Part shown: positions 46,380-57,391 of the stretch, piece after piece
How positions within the stretch are numbered: the stretch's first letter is position 1
Layout of the letters: the number at the start of each line of letters is the position of its first letter
Assembly (NCBI GenBank): GCA_910578215.1
Contig: CAJTPH010000023.1
Coordinates: 2,953 to 66,952, forward strand
Direction: 5' to 3'
DNA: 64,000 nt
Source of the DNA: an uncultured Acetatifactor sp.
GTDB lineage: Bacteria > Bacillota > Clostridia > Lachnospirales > Lachnospiraceae
Translations under genes and position numbers: made by a program
The notes under the pieces: model-generated
What the model was told of the DNA's origin: nothing
Database searches by the model: none
What the model saw: the letters and a program-made list of their open reading frames with translations, nothing else

Positions 46380-48461
46380 TCAAACCTTAAATACCGAAAC
46401 CTCCGACACCAGGCCATCCATATTTTCTCCCAGCACATCCGCCGTATGGTTCAGGTTCTGGACATTTTCCACCAGCCTATCCAATACCTCTCTCACTACC
46501 TCGGCACTGTTTGCGGTCTCCTCAATGATATCGGATATATTCTTCACTGCCTCCACCGTATAGCTTCTTTCGTGGTCCGCCTTCTCGGTGCTGTCCACAA
46601 TATTCTTCAGTCCGTCGATGAGCATGCTCATTCTCTGCTGCATCTCACGGAATACTTCGATTACCTGATCCACCGACTCTGTCTGGGAGGCCACCATCGC
46701 CTGTGCAAGCTGTGCGCTTTCCACACTGTCCAGGGTCTGTGCCGTAATATGTTTCACGTTATTGCTGATCTCTCCTGCCGCCGTCGCGGAGTCGTCGGCA
46801 AGCTTGCGGATTTCTTCTGCCACCACCGCAAAGCCTCTGCCCGCCTCGCCTGCTCTCGCCGCCTCAATGGAAGCATTCAGGGACAGCAGGTTGGTCTGCT
46901 CTGAGATCTCCGTGATCGTGCCGACGAAGGTGTTGATGATTTCCGACTTCTGGCGCAGGGAATCGATACTCTCGCCCACCTTTTGGGTAATGTCATTGGT
47001 CTTTCTTGCCCGCTCGCCCAAAAGCTGTACGATCTCCATACCGCGGTTGATCATGTTCTCCGTCTCGTCAACCAATCTTTCGACCTGCTCCACCACGCCG
47101 CTTGCGTTCTGTATCTCCGCCGAAAGCCTGTCAGTCTTGTTCACGCATTCCTGCGCATGCTCTGACTGTCTGGACATACCCTCGTTAATCTCATTGATTG
47201 CCGCCATGATATCCGTAGAATAGTCGCTTATGACCCCGGAGACCTTCTCCACCGCCTGGGCAGATTCCTCCAGCTGGCCTGTGGCCGCCGTCACCTTGCG
47301 CACCAGATTCTTTGTGTTTGAAATCATGTTGTTTGCGGAGCCTGCCAGATTTCTGAATTCATCCCTGCCCCTTGCCGCTACCTGAACCGTCAGATCGCCC
47401 TGGGCCACCACGCCGAAGCTCTTGGAGATCCTCCGCAGGTTGTTCTGAATGCCAACTACGATCAACAGCCCGACCACCAGCACAATAATACACGCAAGAA
47501 CCACCAGCCCGATTGTCAGGCTCTTGATTTCCTCCGCCTGCGCGGTGATCAGCTTCATGGGTACGAGGGCACATATGGCAGCGCCTGTTCTCTCGTTCAC
47601 CTTATAAATAAACTGGTAATCCGCTCCCTTGAAATCAACCTTTTGTACGCCCGACAGCTCCTGGCTGAAAACAGGCGCAAAAAAGCTCTGACCATAAAAT
47701 ACGTTTTCACCCTGGTTGAGAACGCTTTCCGCGCCCTCATCAAGATTTTCATAAATCAGCTCTTTACCGTCTTCGGTGATAAAGCCGATTATGCTGCCCC
47801 TGCCTAAATCAAACTGCACCAGGAAATTAGAGATGGCATCCTTGTCAACATCCACGATCACCGCTCCCATATTGTTTACGGTAAGAATCTGATACGACAT
47901 GAAATATGTACTTGAATCCATCTCAAACAGCCCATCCAACAGGGTATGATTATCGATCCAATGGTCGGTCCCGATTATTGTTCCCACATCCGAATCCCTG
48001 TATTCCCCCAGTACGCCGTCCATCGTACCTCCGAAATAGGTAGATATTAAAGCTACTCCTGACGGAGTAAGGATATGCATATGCTTGATAAAGGGATTGG
48101 TGGAACGCGCCGTATCCATGTCCATCCTCGTGCTGTTTGCAAACTTTCTTTTTTCCGACATGTCATCACTGCTGGAGCTGATAACATAACGGCTCAGATC
48201 ATTGTTATAAACATACTTTGCCGCCTCAGCTTCCACCTGTGAAAACGCCATGTCCACATACTGTTCCGCCATGTTGATGGTCTGCATGGCAGAGCTCTGA
48301 AAGCTATCGTTTAAACCCTTCGCAGAGCTTATGTACGCAGAAACGCCGATTACAATCATAAAGACAATCGGCACAAAAAAACACATTATAATCTTGTTTC
48401 TGATGCTAAAAAGCATCAGCCCCCTTTTTTTATTCCCGCCGTTCTTCTCCTTCCGTGCCAT
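46380..48461 (-). CDS. Methyl-accepting chemotaxis protein (Cache/HAMP/MCP signal)
   Basis: Two TMs, [38 protein letters not shown]. Confidence 0.95.
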   Translation of the reverse strand: MARKEKNGGNKKRGLMLFSIRNKIIMCFFVPIVFMIVIGVSAYISSAKGLNDSFQSSAMQTINMAEQYVDMAFSQVEAEAAKYVYNNDLSRYVISSSSDDMSEKRKFANSTRMDMDTARSTNPFIKHMHILTPSGVALISTYFGGTMDGVLGEYRDSDVGTIIGTDHWIDNHTLLDGLFEMDSSTYFMSYQILTVNNMGAVIVDVDKDAISNFLVQFDLGRGSIIGFITEDGKELIYENLDEGAESVLNQGENVFYGQSFFAPVFSQELSGVQKVDFKGADYQFIYKVNERTGAAICALVPMKLITAQAEEIKSLTIGLVVLACIIVLVVGLLIVVGIQNNLRRISKSFGVVAQGDLTVQVAARGRDEFRNLAGSANNMISNTKNLVRKVTAATGQLEESAQAVEKVSGVISDYSTDIMAAINEINEGMSRQSEHAQECVNKTDRLSAEIQNASGVVEQVERLVDETENMINRGMEIVQLLGERARKTNDITQKVGESIDSLRQKSEIINTFVGTITEISEQTNLLSLNASIEAARAGEAGRGFAVVAEEIRKLADDSATAAGEISNNVKHITAQTLDSVESAQLAQAMVASQTESVDQVIEVFREMQQRMSMLIDGLKNIVDSTEKADHERSYTVEAVKNISDIIEETANSAEVVREVLDRLVENVQNLNHTADVLGENMDGLVSEVSVFKV

Positions 48462-48700
48462 AAATCACCACCAAGCCTCAGGCAGACAGAGTTATCCTTT
48501 TGAGGCGCAAACGCATACAGTGAAAGAGGGCGTTTGCATAATTTTCCTTTCTTAGATTTTTCTTTCACCTTGAATATTCCATGACAAAAACCGCAATCAA
48601 ACTTCTTACTTGGATTATACACTATTTCTCCCATTTAACCAATACCAAATATCACAAAAAAGCAACATTGTGCAAAATAGACAAAAATGCATCATAATAA

Positions 48701-49936
48701 TTAAAAATTGATGAACTCTAAATATTTCTTGGAAAATGCCGGCTCATTTGCAAGATTTACAATCTCCGTCCCTTCCACCGTTTGTTCAAGCCCTGCCTCC
48801 AGACTTTCTCTCCCGCCTGCAAAAACAGCCCTGCCCGCAGCCAGGCAGCCGCCCAGAGCCGTATTTCCTCCCGTGACCGCCTTTTTTGCCAAAGCCGGGG
48901 GAAGCAGGCCGATTTCGGCGGCGTCAGAGGGCTTCAGATAATATCCGAAGCCGCCTGCCAGAATTACCCTGCCGACCTGCTCCGCGCGCACGCCGTACTT
49001 CTCCAGCAGCACCTCTATCCCCGCCGCTGCCGCCGCCTTTGCCAGCTGCACTGCCCGCACCGCCTCCTGCGTCACCCGCACGTTTCCCACACGGACGCCC
49101 TTCTCAAAAAATTCCTCCGCCAAAAGACCTGTGGCATCCATGCAGCCCTCTCTCTTTAAAGCCGCCAGAATACTGATCATATCGGCGCCCCACACCCCTC
49201 TGTTGGGGCCGCCCTCAAAGGCAGGTCCCGCCGCCGTGGCACAGGCTATTCTCCTGCGGCTGTTTCCCAATACCATCTCTCCGTTTGTCCCCAGGTCAAC
49301 AAGCAGCGTCAGTCCTTCCTGCTCCGCCATCCTGCAGGCAAGGACCCCCGCAAGGATATCGCCGCCCACAAAGGCGGAAAAGCACGGAAATCCGAAGCAG
49401 GGAACGCCCTCAATCTCCATGTCCGCAGGCTTCGGATGGGACGCAAAAAAAGGAGCGTGACCCAGCTCCCAAACATCGATGCCCTGAAGAAAATATGTCA
49501 TTGTGGTATTTGCCGCATACACCAGGCACAGCTCCTCCCCTGGCGCAAGCCTGGCCTTAAACCTGAGAAGACCCTGCCGCAGCACCTTAAGCGCCATGCC
49601 CTTCAGGTCTGCCGCCTTGACCGGATCTTCCGCCGCCTGTATCCTGGACAGCACATCCGCACCGTAAACGGTCTGGGGATTTACCGTCAGATACCGGTCT
49701 TCTACGGCGCCGTCCTCCCCGTAGAGAAGCATGGCGATTGTGGTGGTGCCGATGTCCGCCGCCGCAAGCCGCCTGCCTCCGCCGTGCAGGGGCCGCCTTT
49801 CATCGAAAAGCGCAGCCCCCGCCTCCGGACCAAGCACATGCATCCCTGCCGTCTGTCCGGAGGATGCCGTCACCCCGGGACACAGCCCGCAGCCGGTACA
49901 GATACGGCAGCGCAGACCTCTTTTCTTCTCCTCCAT
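48701..49936 (-). CDS. ASKHA-domain ATPase (RACo/DUF4445-like corrinoid activator family)
   Basis: DIGTTT, NPQTVYGADVLSRI, AFVGGD, DLGTNGE, ATAAGPAFEG, LAGGFG; N-terminal CRICTGCGLC; start ATG 49936. Confidence 0.85.
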   Translation of the reverse strand: MEEKKRGLRCRICTGCGLCPGVTASSGQTAGMHVLGPEAGAALFDERRPLHGGGRRLAAADIGTTTIAMLLYGEDGAVEDRYLTVNPQTVYGADVLSRIQAAEDPVKAADLKGMALKVLRQGLLRFKARLAPGEELCLVYAANTTMTYFLQGIDVWELGHAPFFASHPKPADMEIEGVPCFGFPCFSAFVGGDILAGVLACRMAEQEGLTLLVDLGTNGEMVLGNSRRRIACATAAGPAFEGGPNRGVWGADMISILAALKREGCMDATGLLAEEFFEKGVRVGNVRVTQEAVRAVQLAKAAAAAGIEVLLEKYGVRAEQVGRVILAGGFGYYLKPSDAAEIGLLPPALAKKAVTGGNTALGGCLAAGRAVFAGGRESLEAGLEQTVEGTEIVNLANEPAFSKKYLEFINF

Positions 49937-49952
49937 ACCGGCTCCGCTCCTT

Positions 49953-50126
49953 CTACACAAACTGATTCTGCTCCTTATCATAGCGGTAATCCACCGCCGC
50001 AAGCCTGTCCGTAATCTCCTGCTTCTCCACGCCGAGATCCTCGCACAGCGCATCCAGGTCTCTGTAAAAATCCCGCAGCTTTAAATTCACAAAGCCTAAC
50101 AATATAAACGGGTCCTTGGGAATCAT
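49953..50126 (-). CDS. DUF4250 family small protein, 57 aa (not in ORF track)
   Basis: MIPKDPFILLGFVNLKLRDFYRDLDALCEDLGVEKQEITDRLAAVDYRYDKEQNQFV*. Confidence 0.85.
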   Translation of the reverse strand: MIPKDPFILLGFVNLKLRDFYRDLDALCEDLGVEKQEITDRLAAVDYRYDKEQNQFV

Positions 50127-50129
50127 CTT

Positions 50130-52361
50130 CTATTCTCCTGCCTTTTCCAAATATAACAGCCTGCACCGGAAATCTCCCCACAGCCTCTCAAAGGGGAAGC
50201 CTCCCTCCATCAGCACGCTGCCGTTCACCGTCCTGCCCGTGTCTTTCAGAAGCTCCTCCCCTTCCATATCCACCTGCCGGATCTGATAATCCGCATCCGG
50301 CTGCAGCCCCTGCAGGCGTAAAATACGGCTGCGCCGGTTGGGCTCGTTCAGCACCTGTGTAAAGAATACCAACGCCCTTTCCTTCCGGGAATCGTTTATC
50401 TGAAAGCAGTCAAACAGATGGTTTTCCTGATAGGAGGCGATACGGTAATAATCCCCCTCCCGCACCAGCTCGTTAAATCTGCGGTACATTTCCGTCTGTC
50501 TCTTTACCATCGCGGCGTCCCGGGCGTCAAGCTTCGTTATATCCAGCTCGTAGCCGAAGGTTCCCGCCAGCGCCACATAGCCCCTGGTCTCAAAGGGAGT
50601 GACTCTGCCCACCGTATGATTGGGGCATACACTGACATGTGCCCCTATGGAGGACAGGGGATACAGCATGGCCGTGCTTTCCTGTATGGAGAGCCTTTCT
50701 ATGGCATCCGCATCGTCGCTGCACCAGATCTGGGGACCGTAATACAGCATGCCGGGGTCAAAGCGCCCGCCGCCTCCGCTGCAGTTTTCCAGAAGCAGCT
50801 CAGGAAACTCCGTAATCAGCCTCTGCTGCATCTCATAGACTCCCAGCACATAACGGTGGTAAAGCTCCCCCTGCCTGTCCGCAGGAAGCGCCGCGCCGGC
50901 CAGATCCGTCAGCGGACGGTTCATGTCCCATTTCACATATTCCACGTTTGCCGAGTGAAGCACCGAGAACACCTGCTCCATGATATAATCGCGCACCTCT
51001 CTGCGGCTGATATCCAGCACATACTGATTTCTCGACAGCGCCGGCTGCCTCCCGGGAATCGCAAGCGCCCAGTCGGGATGCTCCCGGTACAGCCGGGAGT
51101 CCCGGGAAACCATCTCCGGCTCGATCCATATGCCGAACTTCATGCCCAGGGCGTTGACCTGGTCCACAAGATATTTCAGCCCGCCCTTCAGCTTATCCTC
51201 GTTGACCTGCCAGTCCCCCAGAGAGCGGTTGTCGTCAAAGCGGTTCCCGAACCAGCCGTCGTCCATCACCAGCATTTCTATTCCAAGCTTTGCGCTCTCT
51301 CTGGCAATGTCGATCAGCTTCTTTTCATCGAAGTCAAAGTAAGTGCCCTCCCAGTTATTTATCAAAACAGGCCGCTTCTTATGCAGATAAGGACTGCGGA
51401 TCAAATGCTTACGGTACAGCCTGTGAAAGCACCGGGTCATATCTCCCAGCCCCGCCGACGAATATACCATAATCATCTCCGGGGTCTGAAAGCTCTCTCC
51501 CGGCAGAAGCCTCCAGCAAAAGTCCTCGGGATTGATGCCCATGACCACGCGTACGGAGTCAAACTGACTGATTTCCGCCTGGGCGATAAAGTTTCCCGAA
51601 TACACAAAATGAAAGGCATAAACCTCCCCGGCAGTCTGAGTCGTTCCCGGCGTCAGAAGCGCCAGAAACGGATGCTCCTGATGGGAGGTCTCGCCCCTGA
51701 GAGTAGACACGCAGAACTTCCCGTGTCCCAGCCTCTTTCGCTCCATGTGCCGCTCCCTTGCCCAGCCGCCGTGCAGGGTGAGCGTCTCAAAATCACGATT
51801 GTCCATATCCAGACAGCCGCTCATCGCCTTTTCCAGACAGAGGACGTCGCCTCCCCCATTCTCAAAGCATACGCTTCTGGCAATGGCGTCCGTATCCTCA
51901 AACACGCTGTAGGACAGCCTTGCCAGAAGCCCCAGCGCCTTGTCCTCACAGGTTATGACCAGCGTGGTCACTTCCCTTTCGCCGCCAAAGGTTGCCGGAA
52001 GACCCTCCAGAGGCTTTTTTCCATCATAGATCTCATGGCACAGATAGGTGAGCTGCACGCCGCTGCAGCCGTTTTTGTCCCTCACCCGGACGCTGCTCTC
52101 CCGAAAATCACCCACACCGTGGCCGGAGTACTCTGCAGGAAAGGAATCCATTATGGCGACCCGTTCCCTGGCGTTTGTATCCGGCGTATAAGGATGCTCC
52201 TGCGTCCTCAGAAAAAGCTCCGCGCCCCTTGCGGAGCACAGCCTTCTGCCGTAGTATATATGCCCCAAAAGCCCTTCCGTCCCCACAAGCCCTATCAAAT
52301 AGGTTGTGTTGGGGGTGTCCAGCCTGAATATCCTCTCCTGCTCCAAATAAGTTATCGACAT
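50130..52361 (-). CDS. Alpha-galactosidase, glycoside hydrolase family 36
   Basis: NNWEGTYFDF, MDDGWFG, WIEPEMVS, YVKWDMNR, CSGGGGRFD, WCSDDADA. Confidence 0.95.
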   Translation of the reverse strand: MSITYLEQERIFRLDTPNTTYLIGLVGTEGLLGHIYYGRRLCSARGAELFLRTQEHPYTPDTNARERVAIMDSFPAEYSGHGVGDFRESSVRVRDKNGCSGVQLTYLCHEIYDGKKPLEGLPATFGGEREVTTLVITCEDKALGLLARLSYSVFEDTDAIARSVCFENGGGDVLCLEKAMSGCLDMDNRDFETLTLHGGWARERHMERKRLGHGKFCVSTLRGETSHQEHPFLALLTPGTTQTAGEVYAFHFVYSGNFIAQAEISQFDSVRVVMGINPEDFCWRLLPGESFQTPEMIMVYSSAGLGDMTRCFHRLYRKHLIRSPYLHKKRPVLINNWEGTYFDFDEKKLIDIARESAKLGIEMLVMDDGWFGNRFDDNRSLGDWQVNEDKLKGGLKYLVDQVNALGMKFGIWIEPEMVSRDSRLYREHPDWALAIPGRQPALSRNQYVLDISRREVRDYIMEQVFSVLHSANVEYVKWDMNRPLTDLAGAALPADRQGELYHRYVLGVYEMQQRLITEFPELLLENCSGGGGRFDPGMLYYGPQIWCSDDADAIERLSIQESTAMLYPLSSIGAHVSVCPNHTVGRVTPFETRGYVALAGTFGYELDITKLDARDAAMVKRQTEMYRRFNELVREGDYYRIASYQENHLFDCFQINDSRKERALVFFTQVLNEPNRRSRILRLQGLQPDADYQIRQVDMEGEELLKDTGRTVNGSVLMEGGFPFERLWGDFRCRLLYLEKAGE

Positions 52362-52462
52362 TTTCTTTCCTTATCTCAGTTCCGTCTCCGTCCCGAAACT
52401 GTCCTTCTTTTTTATCCCTGTTCCGTTTTGTTCCGAAACTGTTTTCCATTTTCCTGCGGCTG

Positions 52463-55063
52463 TCAGTCCTCACCGCCGGAATTCCTTACCAGAGCGGCAA
52501 GCGCCCCGTCCTGTAAATCTATCAGCACCGTATCTCCCTGACTGACCTTGTCCTCCAAAATCAGCTTTGCCGTCAGGGTCTCCACATATTTTTGGATATA
52601 GCGCTTTAAAGGGCGCGCCCCGTACACCGGGTCATAGGCATTGTCCACGATAAACCGCTCCGCCTCCCCGGACAGCTCCAGACGCAGATTCCTGTCGTCC
52701 AGGCGCCTGTTCAGGTCGGCAATGATCATATCCACGATTCCCCCGATATTATCCTTTGTCAGAGGCTTAAACAGAATCGTCTCGTCCAGCCTGTTCAAGA
52801 ATTCCGGACGGAAATGACCGCGAAGCTCATCCATCACCGCTTCCTCCGCCTCCGGGCTGATCTGCCCGTCAGGTGTAATGCCCTCCAGCAGGTAAGAAGC
52901 GCCGATGTTCGACGTCATAATTAAGATCGTGTTCTTAAAATCCACCGTCCTGCCCTGGGAATCCGTCACACGCCCGTCATCCAGCACCTGCAGGAGCACG
53001 TTGAACACATCCGGGTGCGCCTTCTCGATCTCGTCGAAAAGCACCACGCTGTAAGGCTTTCTGCGGACCGCTTCCGTGAGCTGGCCGCCCTCCTCATAGC
53101 CCACATATCCGGGAGGCGCTCCGATCAGCCTGGACACGGAGTATTTCTCCATATATTCACTCATGTCGATGCGCACCATATTGGTCTCGTCGTCAAACAG
53201 TGCCGCCGCCAGGGATTTCGCCAGCTCCGTCTTGCCCACGCCCGTGGGACCCAGGAACAGGAAGGAGCCTATGGGCTTGTCGGGGTCCTTGATGCCCGCC
53301 TTGGAGCGGATGATCGCCTCCGTCACCTTGGTGACGCCCTCATCCTGTCCGATCACGCGCTTATGAAGCTCCTCGTCCAGATGCAGCGTCTTGTTGCGCT
53401 CGCTCTCCGTCAGCTTGGCCACCGGGATACCCGTCCATCTTGAGATGATCCTGGCGATCTCCTCATCCGAAACCTTTTCGTGGACAAGGGACAATTCGCC
53501 CGCTCCGTTCTTTTCCTCCTCCTGCTGAAGCTCCTTCTTTAACGCCGGCAGCCTGCCGTAGCTGAGCTCCGCCGCCTTCTCCAGATTGCCCTCCCGCTGG
53601 GCGATCTGAATCTCGTTGTTGACCTCGTCGATCTCCTCGCGAAGCCTTGAAAGCTTATCCACGGAGGCCTTTTCGTTATCCCACTGGGCCTTTTTGCCCG
53701 CAAAGTCCTCCTTTAGCTCCGCAAGCTCCTTCTGCAGATCCTCCAGACGTTCCCGGCTCAGCCGGTCCTCCTCCTTCTTCAGGGCGGCAACCTCTATCTC
53801 CATCTGCATAATCTTCCGCTGCAGCTCATCCAGCTCCGAAGGCATGCTGTCCAGCTCCGTCTTGATCAGAGCGCACGCCTCGTCCACCAGGTCTATTGCC
53901 TTGTCCGGCAGAAACCGGTCCGAGATATAGCGGTTGGAAAGCACCGCTGCGCTGACCAGCGCGTTGTCCATGATCTTTACGCCGTGATAGACCTCATAGC
54001 GCTCCTTCAGTCCCCTCAGTATGGAAATGGTATCCTCCACTGTGGGCTCATCCACCAGAACCGGCTGGAACCGGCGCTCCAGCGCCGCATCCTTCTCGAT
54101 ATACTGTCTGTATTCGTCGAGGGTGGTGGCTCCGATACAGTGAAGCTCGCCCCTGGCAAGCATGGGCTTGAGCATATTTCCCGCGTCCAGCGCGCCGTCC
54201 GTCTTTCCCGCGCCCACAATGGTATGCAGCTCGTCGATAAAGAGGATGATCTGCCCGTCGCTGTTCTTGACATCCTCCAGCACCGCCTTCAGCCGCTCCT
54301 CAAACTCTCCCCTGTACTTTGCCCCGGCGACCAGCGCGCCCATATCCAAAGCAAATATCTTCTTGTTTTTCAACGCCTCCGGCACATCGCCCCTGACAAT
54401 ACGCTGCGCCAGTCCCTCAACCACCGCCGTTTTGCCCACGCCGGGCTCTCCGATCAGAACGGGATTGTTCTTGGTCTTGCGGGAGAGAATGCGGATCACG
54501 TTTCTGATCTCGCTGTCCCTGCCGATAACAGGGTCAAGCTTCTGGTTTTTCGCCTTCTCCACCAGCTCCTGGCCGTATTTCTCCAAAGTGTCATAGGTTG
54601 CCTCGGGATTATCGCTGGTCACCCTCTGGTTGCCGCGCACGGTGGAAAGCGCCTGCAGGAAACGCTCCCTGGTGATGCCGTATTCCTTCCAGATCTGCGC
54701 GATCTCCTTGTTAGGGTTTTTCAGCATTGCCAGGAACAGGTGCTCCACGGACACATACTCATCCCCAAGCTGCTTCGCCTCATCCTCGGCGCTTATCAGG
54801 ACATTGTTTAAATTCTGTCCCACATAAACCTTTCCGCCCTGGACCTTGGTGCGCTTCGCAAGAGCCTGTTCCACACGGCCCAAAAAGTGCTCCTTCTGAA
54901 TCTCCATCTTTTCAATCAGCTTTAAAATCAGACTGTCGTCCAGGGTGAGCAGGCTGTACAGCAAATGCTCCTGCTCTATCTCCTGGTTGCCATACTCACA
55001 TGCAAGCCTTTCACAGCCATTCACGGCCTGCATGGACTTCTGGGTGAATTTCTGTATATTCAT
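52463..55063 (-). CDS. clpB: ATP-dependent chaperone ClpB
   Basis: Two AAA modules ([16 protein letters not shown]), long middle coiled coil, GAPPGYVGY. Confidence 0.97.
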   Translation of the reverse strand: MNIQKFTQKSMQAVNGCERLACEYGNQEIEQEHLLYSLLTLDDSLILKLIEKMEIQKEHFLGRVEQALAKRTKVQGGKVYVGQNLNNVLISAEDEAKQLGDEYVSVEHLFLAMLKNPNKEIAQIWKEYGITRERFLQALSTVRGNQRVTSDNPEATYDTLEKYGQELVEKAKNQKLDPVIGRDSEIRNVIRILSRKTKNNPVLIGEPGVGKTAVVEGLAQRIVRGDVPEALKNKKIFALDMGALVAGAKYRGEFEERLKAVLEDVKNSDGQIILFIDELHTIVGAGKTDGALDAGNMLKPMLARGELHCIGATTLDEYRQYIEKDAALERRFQPVLVDEPTVEDTISILRGLKERYEVYHGVKIMDNALVSAAVLSNRYISDRFLPDKAIDLVDEACALIKTELDSMPSELDELQRKIMQMEIEVAALKKEEDRLSRERLEDLQKELAELKEDFAGKKAQWDNEKASVDKLSRLREEIDEVNNEIQIAQREGNLEKAAELSYGRLPALKKELQQEEEKNGAGELSLVHEKVSDEEIARIISRWTGIPVAKLTESERNKTLHLDEELHKRVIGQDEGVTKVTEAIIRSKAGIKDPDKPIGSFLFLGPTGVGKTELAKSLAAALFDDETNMVRIDMSEYMEKYSVSRLIGAPPGYVGYEEGGQLTEAVRRKPYSVVLFDEIEKAHPDVFNVLLQVLDDGRVTDSQGRTVDFKNTILIMTSNIGASYLLEGITPDGQISPEAEEAVMDELRGHFRPEFLNRLDETILFKPLTKDNIGGIVDMIIADLNRRLDDRNLRLELSGEAERFIVDNAYDPVYGARPLKRYIQKYVETLTAKLILEDKVSQGDTVLIDLQDGALAALVRNSGGED

Positions 55064-55248
55064 GGTGTACCTCCCTGACCTCAGAGGCTGAAGGCGCTTC
55101 CGCAGTCTTTGGCGCCCTCGCCCTGTTTTTGTTCTATGTCAAATATAACACATAACACGCTAATAGCAATAAAAATAAAATAAACTTTTTATAATCTTTA
55201 AAAGCGTCCTTCCTTCTACCCCGGCGGAAAGCTACACAGCACGCCTGT

Positions 55249-56193
55249 CTACTGCTGCCTTAATATTTCCGCAATCTTTTCGATCATTTCGTCCTCCTTC
55301 AGACGAAACTTGATCTCCACGCGCCTGGATGCCGCCATATCCACCTTCGATGTATTATTCCCCTGCCCGTCCTTGACATATACGGGATGGCTCCAGGAGC
55401 GTCCGTTTACGGTGAGCAGCGCGGTCAGCTGCTCGATCTTTTCTTTGCTCAGACCGTTTTTTGAATCGATGCAGAATTCCGCAACGGAATACGCCCTCTG
55501 ATAAGAAAGCTTCATATTGCTGGCATAATCTCCGTCCGTGTCCGTATGTCCTTCGATAATGATCTCGGCTATGTAATCCCGGAACCTGTCCTGTAGAAGC
55601 ACGTCCAGATAGGTGGGAATGACCTTCTGGAGCGTACCCTTGCTCTCCGCCGTAAGCGCCGCACTGTTAAAGCTGAACAGCACGTCGGAGGAAAAGGTAA
55701 TGGAACCGGTCTGTATATCCACGCTCATGCCGGAATTGTTAAAAGCGCTCTGCAGGGCGCCTATGATATCCGTCCGGATGCCCACGATATTCTCCAGCTC
55801 CTGCTGGGTGCTGGTAAGCTCGTTTCTGGCATTCTCAATCTCCAGATACGCATTGTTCAGCTCGTCCTTTGTGAGCGCCGCCTCATCGTATGCCTGCTGC
55901 AGCTGTGCCAGCGAAAACTCCAGCTCCTGATTTGACTTTTCGATCTCCGCCCTGTAATTGTCCAGCTCCTGCTGGGCATTGAACAGCAGCTTCTCCGCGT
56001 CCTCGATCTCCTGCCTCGCCAGCCCCAGCTCATGCTCCGACCGCTGCAGATCCGTGTTTTTCTGCCTGTATACGGCAAGGGTGATGGCAATGATCAAAAT
56101 AAAGATCAAAAGAAGCGCCGCCATCATGTCCGAGTAGGACTGCCAGAAACTGTTCTCCGCAAATGCCTCTCTGTTTCTTTTTCTATTTTTCAT
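55249..56193 (-). CDS. MotB/OmpA-domain protein (ZorB-like)
   Basis: FWQSYSDMMAALLLIF TM with conserved Asp, coiled coil, IEGHTD...LSYQRA...RRVEIKF. Confidence 0.85.
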   Translation of the reverse strand: MKNRKRNREAFAENSFWQSYSDMMAALLLIFILIIAITLAVYRQKNTDLQRSEHELGLARQEIEDAEKLLFNAQQELDNYRAEIEKSNQELEFSLAQLQQAYDEAALTKDELNNAYLEIENARNELTSTQQELENIVGIRTDIIGALQSAFNNSGMSVDIQTGSITFSSDVLFSFNSAALTAESKGTLQKVIPTYLDVLLQDRFRDYIAEIIIEGHTDTDGDYASNMKLSYQRAYSVAEFCIDSKNGLSKEKIEQLTALLTVNGRSWSHPVYVKDGQGNNTSKVDMAASRRVEIKFRLKEDEMIEKIAEILRQQ

Positions 56194-57349
56194 ATAAATC
56201 CCTCATCTGTTCAAAGGTGTACAGCTGGTTGCTGATATCGCGCCCAATTTCCTCACAGGTATCCTCCAGCGTCTTTTTCTGCTCTGCCAGCTCCCTGGAA
56301 AACGCATCCTGGCGCTCCATCATCTGCACCATGCTTTCCTGCATATTCTGAGTGGATTCCATCAGTGCGTTCGCCGCCTCGATCACCCTTCTGACGCCCT
56401 CCTCGCTGACGGCCGCCGCCTCCGCGGAGCCGTTCAGCGCATGCCCCAGCGCCTTAAACTCCGTGCCCATGACGTGCTGAAGCTGCGTCAGGAAATGATT
56501 CGCCATCTGTTCCATCGCTCCGCTCTGTTCCTCCGCCTCACCCTTGGCAAGCGCCACCAGCTGCTTTAAATAATTTGTCTGATTGGCATGATAGATCAGC
56601 ATTGCGGCAATGTTGTCCTCCTCGGAGCCCACAGCCGGCGGAAGCGCGCACTGCTTGAAGATATTCAGGAACTGGTCCAGCTTACCGTAGGCATCCGCCA
56701 TAATGCTGCGGTACGCAAAGTTAAATATCAGGGAAAAAAGGATGCCGTAAACCGACGTGTGGAACGCCACCTTCATGCCCGACAAAAGCGGTCCCACATT
56801 GTCGGATATGGTATAAATGTCATCTCCGTTAAAGGCTCCCAGACCCAGGGACAGACCCACAAACGTTCCAAGGATTCCCAGACCCGTGAGAGTTCCCGAA
56901 ATGCCGGAGTTGAAATAATTGCTTCCCACCTTTTCGATCAGTTCCTCGTTGATATATTCCTCGATGTCGCAGGCATTGATATATCCCCTTCCCGACTGGC
57001 TGTTTTTCATGCGCAGGCAATATTTTCCAAACGCCTTTTTCAGAGTATCCTCCTGAAAAAGATTCTTGTCGTCCTGAATCTCCGCCCAGAGATTTTTGTT
57101 GCCGTTCTTTTTATATATCTCCAAAAGCTTGGTGGATACCGCCCTCAGATCGTCTGTCACGCCGTTGAGCCTTATAAAGCTCACGGTGGAGATCACAAAC
57201 AGCCCCCCGATGATCGCCAGGAACACCGCGTTGATCACCAGGTTGCTGACAGAAGGGACATCGCCCTTGAACACTCCGTTTGCGTACAATACGAACGCAA
57301 CCATAGCCGCATATACCAGGAACAGCCCATAAAATAATTTGTTTTTCAT
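56183..57349 (-). CDS. MotA/TolQ/ExbB proton-channel family protein (ZorA-like)
   Basis: LTGLGILGTFVGL, GMKVAFHTSVYG, helical C-terminal tail; overlaps the MotB-like gene. Confidence 0.82.
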   Translation of the reverse strand: MKNKLFYGLFLVYAAMVAFVLYANGVFKGDVPSVSNLVINAVFLAIIGGLFVISTVSFIRLNGVTDDLRAVSTKLLEIYKKNGNKNLWAEIQDDKNLFQEDTLKKAFGKYCLRMKNSQSGRGYINACDIEEYINEELIEKVGSNYFNSGISGTLTGLGILGTFVGLSLGLGAFNGDDIYTISDNVGPLLSGMKVAFHTSVYGILFSLIFNFAYRSIMADAYGKLDQFLNIFKQCALPPAVGSEEDNIAAMLIYHANQTNYLKQLVALAKGEAEEQSGAMEQMANHFLTQLQHVMGTEFKALGHALNGSAEAAAVSEEGVRRVIEAANALMESTQNMQESMVQMMERQDAFSRELAEQKKTLEDTCEEIGRDISNQLYTFEQMRDLYEK

Positions 57350-57391
57350 CTGTATTTTCCTGCCTTTCTTCTCTCACCCCTGCCGGAGGCC

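Noticed and set aside
48474..48600. c-di-GMP-I riboswitch before the MCP
   Set aside because: GCAAAC is present but the GNRA loop/receptor and P2 consensus were not found by eye
50418..52541. 707-aa plus-strand ORF, and similar long antisense ORFs (1832-2959, 14931-16004, 31957-32904, 33719-35146)
   Set aside because: Shadow frames opposite well-supported genes in GC-rich DNA; no recognisable motifs
55064..55200. CIRCE/CtsR site or RNA thermometer upstream of clpB
   Set aside because: Only a partial TTAGC half-site; the nearby hairpin does not cover the RBS
55249..57349. Complete Zorya defence system
   Set aside because: No ZorC/ZorD or ZorE gene adjacent; reported only as an orphan ZorAB-like pair
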